DNA of 59,997 nucleotides, filler included, from Hausera hauseri (lineage: Eukaryota): the NCBI GenBank assembly GCA_046269625.1. It is 10 parts of 10 records of this genome, joined end to end, with 100 filler letters (N's around TTAATTAATTAA, not from the genome) between each part and the next. Parts side by side here need not be neighbours in the genome. Positions count along the whole stretch, not along the records: positions 1 to 6,665 come from JBJURY010077104.1; positions 6,766 to 12,217 come from JBJURY010252403.1; 8 more parts are not named here. The stretch is one strand, 5' to 3'. Under the pieces are notes generated by a model. That model had not been told where the DNA came from, ran no database searches, and saw only the letters and a program-made list of their open reading frames with translations. Of the stretch, positions 1-11,570 are shown one piece after another (position 1 is the first letter of the stretch; each line of letters begins with the position of its first letter). A program made the translations under genes and the position numbers.

Positions 1-69
1 GAATCTTTCAGATGGGCTGAGATGAGGGCGATGTTCTGCAATGGACATGCCACATGATGATGATGATGA
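1..69 (+). mobile_element. Possible 3' end of an RTE-type LINE with a (TGA)n tail
   Basis: Short coding-like stretch ending in a TGATGATGATGATGA microsatellite, typical of RTE 3' ends. Very short. Confidence 0.35.
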
Positions 70-575
70 AAGTTAGAATGCTCACCCTGTGTTTAAATTA
101 ATTTTTATGACACGCTCATCCCTTTAGTATCATACAATTTCATGTGCATGTCAACAATGGAAGTGGGAACTGGGCCAAAAGCCTGCAGCTGCAGCTTGAA
201 TATTCACTGCAAAGATGGAGGTGACTCGAGCAGGAATACTGATTCGGAGATGTGATCTATTGCAAGTGTGTATTTTCTTGAAGCAACAAAAATACTAAGG
301 CATAAGAAACTCAGAAGAGGAGGAAGGAGAAAATGTGTGAGAGAAGGTGAATATAAGAGACGTTAAAGGCAGAAAAAGAACATAATTGCTATAAGATGTT
401 AATAGTTTCCGCTGCTGAGTTCTAAACATTTAAAAATAGAATTGTTACTAGTTTCAGTTTTTATTCTGCAGGCATTGTTTTTTTCTGAATACTCACGCTT
501 AGACTCAGGTCAATGTCTAATCAAACATTATTGACACGACTCTACGAGCTAAGTTTTCTCAAACAACTGCTAACT

Positions 576-1760
576 TTACAGGCTTAATCTAGCCACGGCT
601 CGTACCTTGAAAGGGTATGGACTCGTAGTGATACCAAATCTGGCAGTTAATGGTGGTAGTGCTTCCGGGTCGGCTGGAAGGAATTTAAACCGCTGGACCA
701 TCCACGACACAAACAAAAATAGCTCGGCTTTAGCCAATAGTTCTCCAGCACATACCCTTGGTCCTATTGCAAAGGGGATATTCTCTTCTGGGTCTTTTAT
801 GGTCCCATTCTCATCTAGGAATCTTTCGGGCCTGAGTACATATACGTCGTCACCCCAGATATTCTTATCATACAAAATAGAATCAAGATTAGGACTAATC
901 CGAGTTCCTTTGGGTATTATATACCCCTTCAAAGTTGTGGTTTCCGTGGCCATGCGCATAAGACTCAGTGGTGCAACGCTTGCAACACGCTGGAGTTCTT
1001 TAATGAAAGCATTCAGATACAGTAATTTATTACTGTCTGACATTTTGGGAGGTCTCTCAGTTCCAATTTCCTTCTCGATCTCACGATAAACCTTTTCCTG
1101 AACCTCGGGATAGTGCAGTAAGTATAGGATAGCTCACATAAGTGAATTAGCTGTAGTTTCCACACCAGCAACAAACAGGTCGTAAATAAGTTTCCTTAAG
1201 TTTACGTCATCCAATATAGTAGATGTTCCGAGTTTCAGTTTTTTGTTTCTCTGCAATATGTAGTGAGAGATAAAGTTGTTTGTTTCATCCTCTTCGAGTG
1301 ACTTCGAAGCTTTGTCTTTGATAAATGGATCAAGGAATGTGTTCATGACAAACTGTGCCCGTTTTCGTATTGCTTGTGTTTTGAATAGATCACCAGGTAG
1401 TTTCAACAGGAACGGAAAATAATTTGCTATGTTTCGAGCATCAGCGTCTTCAATGTTCTGTCGAATATACTTGGAAGTTTTGAGAAACATTTCGTCATCA
1501 TACTTAAAGGTATGTCCTAATAAAATGCGACAAGTGACATTGCTAATGCTTGCGTTTATAATCGTATAGAGATCAGACGGCTGACCCTTGAGATCAGCTA
1601 TCATATCGTTATTGATGGCAGCGATCTCTGAAATCATCTCAGACATCGAATCTTTACCCATACCAAGAGCCCGTAGTGTGCTTATAGTTACTGCCTTGTT
1701 GTCTTTCCAAGTGTCTCTGCTAGCGAACACAAGACCTTTTCCCGGGTCATCGGAAACTGC
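576..1760 (-). pseudogene. Cytochrome P450 (CYP2 clan-like), large 3' exon with an in-frame TGA at the conserved post-I-helix Trp
   Basis: I-helix LFVAGVETT, ExxR (ELQR), PERF and heme motif FAIGPRVCAG are present. ORFs 1134-1994 and 576-1043 share a frame and join as NSLM*AILYLLHYPEVQEKVYREI. Splice acceptor ttttattttcacag precedes 1760. Confidence 0.92.
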
Positions 1761-1814
1761 CTGTGAAAATAAAATATATAGACGCATGTTAAAATAAGTT
1801 GAAGTCTGTATTAC

Positions 1815-1994
1815 TGTTTCTTTAAGCAATTCCTGATTTCTTACGGTTTTTGGCCAGAATGTTTGTTTGATCCTTCTCAGACATGTCGTTTGCAAAGCAT
1901 TACATTTCTGTTCTGTTTTCTTTTTTATATGCCAGGATTTCCTTCCATACAGCAGCACACTCACAACATTGCTCTTAAATATCCTAATTTTCAT
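1815..1994 (-). mobile_element. RTE-clade LINE ORF fragment (post-RT region) in the P450 intron
   Basis: KIRIFKSNVVSVLLYGRKSW...CLRRIKQTFWPKTVRNQELL matches the RTE motif KxRIFxSNVxSVLLYGxETW...CLRRIxxIxWPxxIxNxxL. Confidence 0.8.
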
Positions 1995-2563
1995 TTTTAA
2001 GCTCAGCCTTAGATTTCTCGATTTTTTTAACTTCTTTCATGCATGTATTCCGTTTGTTATCTGATTCTTTAACTTCCTCCACTGGTAAATGATTTATATC
2101 TCATTTCTTGGGTTTTGTTTCTGTAGTGATTGTGACTGGATTGATGAATTTCATGGCAAGGCATCACTTGCCAACAGGTTCTAACCATTGCACCACAGCT
2201 TTGTGTTCCTGAGCCAGTTCTCCTCAGGGCCCATAAGGGACCACTTGTTAATGGGGTACTGCCAGCGTCTGTGGCAGAGGTCTTGCAGGAAATTCCTTAA
2301 AGCCACGGTATGTGAGGAACCGCAGACTGAAGAGGAGGAAAGGTGCTTAAGAGGAGAATGAAAGAATTACATGTAAGAAAGGAAGAAACAGAAGTTGCTT
2401 ACTGACAGGAATAACATAGTAATATGATGAGGGGAAAAAAAGAACATTCTGGACAAACTAGACTGGTTACTATAACAGGATTGAACATTTCCTTCAAAGT
2501 ACGAACGGATCGAGTACTGTGTAATATATTCAATCAAAATTATAGTTTTATTCGTGGACACTG

Positions 2564-2674
2564 TGGTGCCCGCGTCGGTTGCTGCCCTCCGGCTCATTCG
2601 GTTGGGCACGGCCGGGTTTTCCGCTACCGGCGCGTCGGGCGCAGAAGCGGGCCCCGATTTTTCGCCTTGAAAAT
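2564..2674 (+). repeat. 111-bp GC-rich hairpin-forming repeat, homologous to the terminus at 32801-32909 (minus strand)
   Basis: Hand alignment gives about 78/111 identities with the reverse complement of 32801-32909; mismatches are mostly transitions. Confidence 0.8.
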
Positions 2675-2806
2675 GAAACAGTGTATTTCCTACAGATTTC
2701 AATGAATTTACTTCTATATCTTTAAATAATCCATCTATCATTCTGCGACATCAATTTCATCAAAGAATTCAGTTCTAAACAACTGAAAATATTCGAAATT
2801 AATCGG

Positions 2807-3103
2807 AATACTTTGGCGTTGGCCGAAAATGACATTTTGCATTTGACTAAAACGTTCTATTTGCAACCGTTGGTTAATCTTTGGCGTTTGTCCATTAAAC
2901 AAAACCCATGTATTGTTTCCAATACCCAGCAGTTACAGTTCGATTATTGACCATATGTACTAACATGGTGCAACAGCTCAACAACTTTGGACGAAGAAGA
3001 GGTCAACAAAAAAGAAATGTTAGTCGCAGGATGGCTTTTACTCAGGGTAAAGGCCGGCATTTTTAAACCAGGATAACATTCTCAGTTCATACATTACCTG
3101 TCA
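2807..3103 (+). pseudogene. CEP97: CEP97-like (LRR and LRR-cap region) pseudogene fragment, absent from the ORF track
   Basis: Translates LALAENDI...LSIKQNPC...FDY*PYVLTWC...TLD...WL(fs)TQGKGRHF(fs)KPG*HSQFIHYL, matching CEP97 SLAENEI...LSIMNNPC...FDYRPYIVSWC...[23 protein letters not shown]. Stops at 2948 and 3074. Confidence 0.8.
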
Positions 3104-4084
3104 ATTGACGATCTAGATAGTATACGGGAGCAAAGAAAAAAATTGACTGGTCGACAAGTACACGATTTTAAGAAAAACACCATGTAAAAAAAGAAATTTT
3201 GATACAACCAAATCAAGTCTGATAATATCCGAACCAACTCCAAATAACAATGGTACTATACCAAGCAATTCGATATCATTACATGACGACGACAACTCTG
3301 TCACAAATACTAGTATGCTTATGTATGAAAGTTCTTTCCTTTCACTAACTCCGCCAAAAATAACCATTTCTCCCGATCCCTCCAGGACCCTGTCACCACT
3401 CAAATCGCAAAGTGGAGATGAATCGCCAAACGTACCGACTTTGAAGTTTTCTAGTGAAAATCCCAAAGAAAGAAGAGTTTTGAACTCAATTTGCGAACTT
3501 AACTCTTTTGGTTTTATTTATGTTTGTCAATGCTGGTCCAATTATTATTTGGTACAGATGTAGTTGTAGATCATTTCTCAATATTCTTTCAACACTTCAT
3601 CTTGATATATCAAATTCGGTAGTCATTGTTCTGTCCTTTTTGATGTTTACTAAGTAAAAAAAAATTGTTTTAATCAGTTTTTTGATATGTACAAGATTGT
3701 ATAAGAATTGAATAAATTGATTTTAATGATCTTTCGGTTGACATTTTATTTGGGATTTAATCTACTATTTCTCTTGTTATAGTTTTTTGAGCTATTATTT
3801 TTGGAATTTCCATATATCTATACCGCATATATATTAGTCAGATCAAATACTACAACAAAATGGTGTCAGAAATTCTAGAAATTCAACATATTGACATATT
3901 CAAAGTTTACAAAATGCCTATAAAAAATTTTGTAACAAAGATTCCCTGAAACTATGATGAATTTCGATAATTTATAAGGGAGATATGCAATCTCATCGAT
4001 TTTAGATTTTGTAAAAACAAAGATGGCAGTCCATTTTGCTTCCTAACGGTCAGTCAAGACGATCAAATTAAATGTGCGGAAGAT

Positions 4085-5728
4085 TTGATTAATTTAATCA
4101 CAGGAAAGATGCTTGGTGGTGTAACGTTGCGTCCACGCGTTCTGGTCGATAAAGTGGTTGGCAATTCAAATTATATCGTTTTTCCTGAATCTGAAACTGT
4201 CGATGATATTGTCAACACAACTCATTTCGAAAAGGGGTTTTATTTCGTCCAATTGTACACGGAACGTGGTTTGAATAATAATGTGGCGTTGTTTCTCAGC
4301 GATTTGTATCGGGATTATGAATTGAAACGGTTGCCATCGTTGACTTTTGGTGAAATCGGGACCGATCAATTGTTTGCCACGTTTTATTTCGATGATCAGT
4401 TTCATCGTGTTCGGCTTTTGGATAAATCGGACTCATATCGGGTCAAAGTCATGTTCATCGACTATGGTAACGAAGAATGGGTCACCGTTGATGATATCTA
4501 TCCAATCAGCAATAAGCTCCGGGAAATCCCTCCACTGGCTCACAAATGCACCATTGACGGGGTCGTTATCGTTGATCCGGAGCGTCACCAAATTGCGCCA
4601 ACAGACGTTCTCCACAAAAACATGAAAGCCAGTCTGGTAAATGAATACGATGCGCAGCTGAAATCCGATCGTGTTGTAGCATTGGATTACACAGATTTCG
4701 CGTCGATCAGCTATCGGAAATATCTTGTCGGCGAAGGAATTGCCGTGCCGATACGATGCGAGAAAGTGACGAATAGCGCGGCTGTTGAACAAATTTCGAC
4801 ATTTCCCGATGAACTCGTCAATGGACATTCGTCGCCTCAATGCAGAGCAGTAATTATGCACATGGAAAGTCTGACCGAATTCTATTTGCAACCGGATTTC
4901 GTTAGTAATAAGGCGAATTTGGATAAGGTATGTCAGTTGATTGATTCGGTAATGGAACATGACAGAATCCATTTGGAATATTCCCGTACAGATATTCGTT
5001 ATTTAAGTCAATTCACGGAAGATTGCAATTGGTATCGTTGCGAGGTTGTCAAGGACAGATTCAGAAATGCTTACTGCATTGTGCGGTACATCGATTATGG
5101 GAATAGTGAACAGAAGACTGAGTTGTCTAGTCTGAAACCGCTGACAAAGGAATGGAATGCGGATGCTGATGCATTGGAAAAAATTGCGCCGTGTGCTGTC
5201 AGACGTAAATTTCACGATGGGATGATGAGTCAGTTGCATGAACGTGTTGTGAACACTGCGGCATCTGATGGAAAAGTTGAGGAGTCTATGCAGTACCGAC
5301 TGACAAATATCGAGTCATCAGAACAACTTCGGTTCCGTTTGGTAGACACACAGGATGAATCACGGAAATCGCGGCTGACTGCTATTGCCGAATGGATTGA
5401 ACACGGTAGTCAGGGTGAAGGGCAAGTTTTGGCATTAGCGAAAGATGAATTGTACGGTGCTACGGTGGTCGATGGTCAACAGCAAATGCGGTGTCGTATG
5501 ATGTGCCGCAATATAAACAAAGTTGTCGTGTAAGATATCGACACCGGTGTCTACCATATTGTCCCGCTGAAATCCCTTTTTTATCTGCCTGACGATATTT
5601 TTAAGATCGCCCTATTGGCATTCCACGAGAGATTGGTGCTAAAGAACATCCGTGTGTCGAAGAGAGGCCGAATTGAGAATGGAGAAGTTGCTATCAATAA
5701 AAGATGCCCGTCTATTGTGGTGCGGTGA
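4085..5728 (+). CDS. Intronless multi-Tudor-domain protein (extended Tudor, TDRD-like); in-frame TAA at 5531-5533 interrupts a third degenerate Tudor domain
   Basis: Tudor 1: FDDQFHRVRLL...VKVMFIDYGNEEWV...LREIPPLAHKC. Tudor 2: FTEDCNWYRCEV...VRYIDYGNSE. After the stop: *DIDTGVYHIVPLKSLFYLPDDIFKIALLA. Confidence 0.85.
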
Positions 5729-6269
5729 AGGCGAAATTTGCGACTTGCATTGCGCTCCTTCATTTGTTTCTGGTTCATAAGCCACTGGTTCAATTCCTAG
5801 TGAACAGTTCAAATTCGATTATGCAATTATATTCGGTTGCTGTCTAAAATATACACTGCTGAGAAATTATTTAATTTATTTATTGAACCCTCAGGTTTGA
5901 TTCATACGGTTTTAGATTACTCGTTGAAACGCCTAAACCATTTGGCCTCAATAGAGTCCGCTCACGATAAACATTACACCTATTGGCATAATATTTTTTT
6001 ATTTGTCGTGAAACGGACATCTTTACCCTACATGTAAGTCTCGATTCATCAAACGGTGTGTTAGCCGATGTTGTTCATGTTTTTTACAACATCGTTAGAA
6101 AATTTCCCGAATGGGGTATTCATAAATCATCAAATGATATAGTGCATTACTTTATTATCCGTCTACCTGATCAAAGAGATGTGATCATACACGTGAAATT
6201 GCTACCGTTTATACTTAATTTTTTTGCTGAGCGAATTGCATCTTTGTCATCTCCATCGACGACGATAAT

Positions 6270-6665
6270 TTTGATTAATATCACATCCATTGAGTCCTTA
6301 AACAGAACTCTTCCCAGTGGTTCGTCAAAATCAGCTAATCGTAGTCTTCCGACTTCAACCTATACGGCATATGTTACGACGAAATTTTCATCAACAGACT
6401 ACGTGGACTAGGCTGACTAATTTTACTTCTGTTTATCCTTCAAATACAACTACTTTTATAGAAACGTCTAAATTGAGTGATTATAGTAGATCTACACCGT
6501 CCACTATGGGGAACAGTTCTTTAAGTACTTCTGAATCGACCTTCACCAAATCGACAGTACCGAATAACGTAAAGTCAGTTCATTCTTCAATCCTGACACG
6601 TGAAAGTGAGCCAACGAAATCAACTAACCATACATTAGTAATACCGTCACATACGGATGATATTT
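6270..6665 (+). other. Ser/Thr-rich mucin-stalk-like coding remnant with N-glycosylation sequons, truncated by the contig end
   Basis: ORFs 6058-6411 and 6317-6721 are S/T-rich (NITS, NFTS, NTTT, NSSL, NHTL). No recognisable domain. Confidence 0.3.
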
Positions 6666-6765
6666 NNNNNNNNNNNNNNNNNNNNNNNNNNNNNNNNNNN
6701 NNNNNNNNNTTAATTAATTAANNNNNNNNNNNNNNNNNNNNNNNNNNNNNNNNNNNNNNNNNNNN
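6666..6765. other. Artificial contig linker (N44-TTAATTAATTAA-N44). Identical linkers at 12218-12317, 17146-17245, 26541-26640, 31113-31212, 41615-41714, 45766-45865, 51108-51207 and 55182-55281; a 10-N scaffold gap at 12795-12804
   Basis: The same 100-nt N-padded spacer, with stops in all six frames, occurs nine times and sequence content changes abruptly across each. Confidence 0.99.
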
Positions 6766-7120
6766 TCAGGCATTGGTAGGGCAACAACTCATCTGGTGAA
6801 ATAGTCAATAAAGACTAAAATATATTTGTTTCCGTTCCGTGTTAACGGTAATGGGCCCGTTATATCCATTGCGGTAAATTCGAATTGCGCTGCAGGCTTG
6901 TCCCATACCTTTAATGGTGCTTTAAACATTGATCCTGTGTTTTCCGGGTAGCACACAACTTGCAGCTCTCGCACCATTCTTGTACATTTTTCGTTATCGT
7001 TGACCAAAAGTATTTTTGTTTTAATTTGTTTAGTGTCTTATTGGCCTATTGATGTCAACTAAGTAATCCATTATGATACTGAGTCAGTAAAACTGCTCTA
7101 TTTTTCTTAGGAATTACTAA
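6766..7120 (-). pseudogene. Element A integrase N-terminal part
   Basis: HHCC region YHNGLLS*H...KYFWS...WCESCKLC, then AMDITGPLPLTRNGNKYILVFIDYFTR. Confidence 0.92.
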
Positions 7121-7369
7121 CGCAGGTCCGTTTTGACTAACAAAATATAGAAATCCTTCTTTTTCCTCGTAAGCTTCGCTGAATCGAGCCAGGTGACGGG
7201 TTAGCTCTCTGTCAGCTGGTATGATTTTGTCTTCTATGTACTTTCTAATGGCCCTTATTTCTGCATCCTCATTTTGATTTGCCTTAATTTTCTCGACTGA
7301 TCCATCTATACCCCATACGGCTGCGACTACTGCCTTTGTTTCTGATTTATCGGGTATTCTCGATAAGTA

Positions 7370-8600
7370 GTCGGCGTTGGCATTTCGCGATCCCGGCTTA
7401 TATTGGAAATTTAATGTATATGGTTGTAACTTTAGAGCACATCATAGTAGTTTGCTGTTTGGATTTTCATGCTGCTTTAGTCATTGGAGCGGTCTTTGAT
7501 CCGTATAGATCAAGCGCGGTTTATTTTCGCTAATATACGGTGAAAATACTTCTAAGACAAATATCATTGCTAATAGCTCTTTTTCTATTACAGTGTATTT
7601 CTTTTGATGCTTATTAAGTTTTCGTGACACATAGGCTACTGGGTGTTCCTTTCCATCTTTACCCTTCTGTGATAATACGGCTTCTAATCCATAATTATAT
7701 GCGTCTGTTGCCAAAATAAATGGTTTGGTCATGTCTGGATAGATTAATATAGGAGCCGTTAATAATCTGTCTTTTAGATATTCGAAACCTTTTTGACATT
7801 CGCTTGTCCAGATAACTTTATCTAAATCTTCACGTAATAATTCATACAAAAGTTTCGCAATTTTTCTAAAATCCTTTATGAATCTTCGGTAATAGTTTGC
7901 TAAACCTAGAAATTGACGTAATTCTCTAACTGTACTTGGCTTGGGAAAATCTCGTATTTTTCCCAAGAGCTTATCCTGAGGTTTTACACCATTCCTATCT
8001 ACTTTATGTCCGAGGAAATCTACATCTGCTTGAGCAAATGAACACTTCTTGGGATTTATCTTTAGACCCATTATTTCGCATCTATCAAAGAGATCCTGTA
8101 GATCCTTTAAATGTTGTTGAAAATCCGTTGATGCTATTATTACGTCATCTATATATACCATGGCATGTGGAGCATCCAACAGTAAGAGTTCTGTTCCTCT
8201 TTGAAATGTGGGTGGTCCATTCTTTAATCCAAATGGCATCCTGTTAAATTCCCACAATCCTTCTCCGATCGAGAAAGCTGTCTTCGGTTTATCCTCCTCT
8301 TTAACCTCCACTTGCCAATAACCCTTTTGTAGATCGATGGTTGTGAATATGGTCGATCCGTGTAATTTGTCTAGTATCTCGTCAATTCTTGGTAGAATAT
8401 ATGTATCCGTCTCTGTTATTTCATTCAAGGCTCTATAGTCTATACAAAATCTCATAGTACCGTATTTCTTTTTAACCATCACTACGGGCGCTGTCCATGG
8501 GGAACAACTTGTTCGAATTATCTTATTTTCTCTCATCTCTTTTATTACTTTACGAGCTTCCTGTTTCTTATCATATGCTAACCGATACGGTCTTTTCTTA
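7370..8600 (-). pseudogene. pol: Element A reverse transcriptase and RNase H
   Basis: SPWTAPVVMVKKK, RFCIDYRALN, DLQKGYWQV, MPFGLKNGPPTFQR, YIDD, FILATDA, EKELLA. Confidence 0.97.
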
Positions 8601-9218
8601 ATTGGCTTGCCTTGCCGTCCTTCAACTTAATGACATGCTGTATTACTTTCATTGTGCCTAGATCATAGTCAGTTTGTGCAAATCGACTAGCATTCTTTTC
8701 TAATAATTCGATTAACATCTCCTTCTCTTCCTTACTTACAATTTTGCATTTTTAACCTCTCGTTCCAATCAATATTCGTGGTTTTATTTCCTTTGTCTTC
8801 GTCTGGTTTCGTTTTCAGTTTTTTTGTAATCATCTTTTCTATTTTATCTACGTCCGATATTACTGAGCAGGTTTCTTCTTTTATTATTTCTTCAGTTATT
8901 GTTACTTTTTCCAAACTAGTATCCTTCCGTAATCGTTTTTCTTTATTTGTTGTATTACAAATTCGTAAGTGGATTTTTCCATCTCTTACCTTATCTACAT
9001 GAGGGGCGATTAACACTTCGTATTTTTCCATGACTTGCGGGAATGGTTTAAAATAAATTATTTCCGTCAACGTTTGACTCTATTTTTGGGATTATTATCT
9101 CAGATCTTGGTGGGATTATAACGTCTTTTATTAGTGAGACTATTCCTTCGTTATGATCTTCGTTGAATATCTTAAGTTGACATGTTCTTATATCTATATA
9201 AGCATTTTCCAATTGATT

Positions 9219-9857
9219 TCATAGATCACATCCGATTAAAATTTCATTGGTTAGATTATCTGCTATTCTAATGGTATGTTTCAAAATTTGTTCACCAATC
9301 TTAATTTTGGCATCTAATACCATCTTGATTTCTTCTTCTGTACCAAATTCTCGAACATTTACTAATGTAGTAGTTGGTCTTCGTAACTTTCTTTTCAACT
9401 CCTTTGGTAATTGATTTCTTCCCATTATCGTGGTTGTGGATTTTGTATCTAGTAAAGCCATCATTGGATATCCATTCACCTCTATTTCTATTTCTGATCT
9501 TATGGGTGATTGTTGATCATTTTTATCATCAACAGTGTACGTAGTTTCATGTTTATAAGGGGTTAAGTTTTTATCAAAATTTTGTTTCATCTGCTGAACT
9601 TGTTGTGTAGGGTATAATTCTGCATTTACTACATATCGTGGAGCTGAAGGATTTATTAACTGTTGTTCATTATACAACTGTCCATGATATTCATCCGCAG
9701 GATCTAGACGGGGTAAATCCGTTATTAACTTCTGTCTATACTTCGATTTCCGTGTCTTTAGTACCAATTGTTTGATACTGGGTACTCGTTTCTTTGCTTT
9801 CATCTGAGTATATTCAGCATCATCATCATCAGTTATATTATACGGGGATTCTTTCAT
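9219..9857 (-). pseudogene. Element A linker plus aspartic protease
   Basis: IEVNGYPMMALLDTKSTTTIM (DTG-like motif, G>K) ... ILIGCDL. Confidence 0.8.
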
Positions 9858-9884
9858 GTCTTTTCTCTGTAGTATCTTTTTCTT

Positions 9885-11570
9885 CTATCGTGCATCATGG
9901 CTTGCTAAGAAACAACTTGCCACTGCCGGGATTACCGTTATTAGAATTTTCCATGAGCATCCCACTGCTGCATGTATCCCGTATGCTTTACCAAGTGCCG
10001 TAAATACTGTCCGTATGGCGCTAATAATAAAGTATATAGCTAGAAAGCCGAAGCTGCTTGTCCGAAATATAGGAGCTTACCCCACATCTTTTCCACAACG
10101 TTTTTTGTTACCTTCCTTAGGTAATCCATACCCATAAGATTTTCCCATTGTGGTGATCCTTCGCCATCCCACATTACTCTCTGTGTTAGTTCAGTTATTA
10201 CTCGTTGTTTTTGCTGTGGAAACAACAACATACGTCCATAGTCCTCTAAATTTTGTTGTGTGTAAATTCCTCCCTGCGATATTCCTGTTTATGGTTCGAA
10301 TTTTTGATTCCTTTACAGATTAATCAAACTTAACATCTCTGATTTGGGCACTGGTTCTCTTTTGGGCATTCTAATCAATTTTTTGTTATCGATCTTAAAC
10401 ATGGGCGACATATTAAAGGTACAATTGTATAATGGGGTAGGTTTCACAATAATATCTAATAATATTCTAGTTACTGGCATCACATATCTCGGTTTCTTAC
10501 GGTAAATCACAGGTAACTCCATTTTTCATTCTTCTGTTGGTCTAACTGATACTTCTACCTTTGGCATTCTATTGTTATCAATACCTCGCCCATCATTCTG
10601 CCAATGATTCCGTCACCAAAGGTCATTACAGGTGCTACCATATCCGGATTTGTTATTACTAATGCCATTTGATTGCGCATTATTTCGTAATTCAGCTTGC
10701 ATTTATTCATTATTATTTCTCGATATAATCCTCTGATTTCTTTCCTTACATAATTGATTAAAAAATCAATCTTATTGTCGAAATATTTTGTCAACTTTAT
10801 ATCTTCCTTATCTATTTTGGTTTTTATAGCCGGTATTTCTTTTCTCGATAAAAAGATGTTCTTATAGTTAGTTTTTGATATTTCCTCATTGCATTTAGTT
10901 GCTAGTCCCGTGATTTTGAATCGCATCATCTCTTCCGGATTTTCCGAATATACAATTGTAGCTACTTCTGTCATCTTGACTTCCTTTGTTCCTTCTTTAT
11001 ATGTCGCTGTCTCTTTTTCTGCCGTTTTTCCTACTGTCTTGTTAAACTTTCCTTCCTTTAATAGCGTTAACTGACATTTACTGGCAGTGGTTTCCCATGT
11101 CATTTTCGATTCTCCAGTATCACATTCACTATTATCATATTCGCATTCGTTCATAGTCGTCATCAATTTTATCTGTGAATCGAATAATACTTCGTATTCC
11201 TTCAACTGAATCTGGTAATCCTCAATGGCTACCGTTCTCGGTGCAATAGTGCCTCCTACATCGTAATCCACTCCTTTACAGGTGCCTTCTATTGTTTTAT
11301 CTACTCTTCCAGCTCTAAATATTCCGGTATATTTTATTCGATTTCGAACTGCCAGTATATGTTCGTTTTGTATTGTTATGATACCAATCTTAAAGGCATC
11401 TTGGCATTCCGATCGTGATATAATGATTGGTTCGAAAGGTGTCGTGGGCTCGATTATGGCTGTGTTTCCCGAATAATAGGCACAATTAAACAAGAAAAAT
11501 GATCTTTCTACGTAACACTCCCTGACTTTTGCTTTTACGAATTCAGACTTTCTACCATATAAATACTACT
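9885..11570 (-). pseudogene. Element A chuvirus-like envelope glycoprotein with C-terminal transmembrane region
   Basis: ECYVERSFFLFNCAYYSG, GTCKGVDY, LYREIIMNKCKLNYEIMRNQMALVITNPD, GEVLITIEC, ELPVIY...PVTRIL, GIYTQQNLEDYGRMLLFP, KMWGKLLYFGQAASAF(fs)LAIYFIISAIRTVF...VGCSWKIL. These motifs are collinear with those I recognise in chuvirus-type glycoproteins. Confidence 0.85.

Noticed and set aside
1134-1994. Apparent LINE-P450 fusion protein (286-aa ORF)
   Set aside because: A strong splice acceptor sits before 1760. The RTE fragment is intronic and only fortuitously in frame.
6710-6721. TTAATTAATTAA palindrome recurring through the window
   Set aside because: Artificial six-frame-stop linker within N padding. 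Adjacency across linkers has no biological meaning.
9885-11570. Stand-alone endogenous chuvirus insertion
   Set aside because: No nucleoprotein or L-polymerase sequence is nearby. The glycoprotein is collinear and frame-linked with the retroelement ORFs at the same position in two divergent elements.
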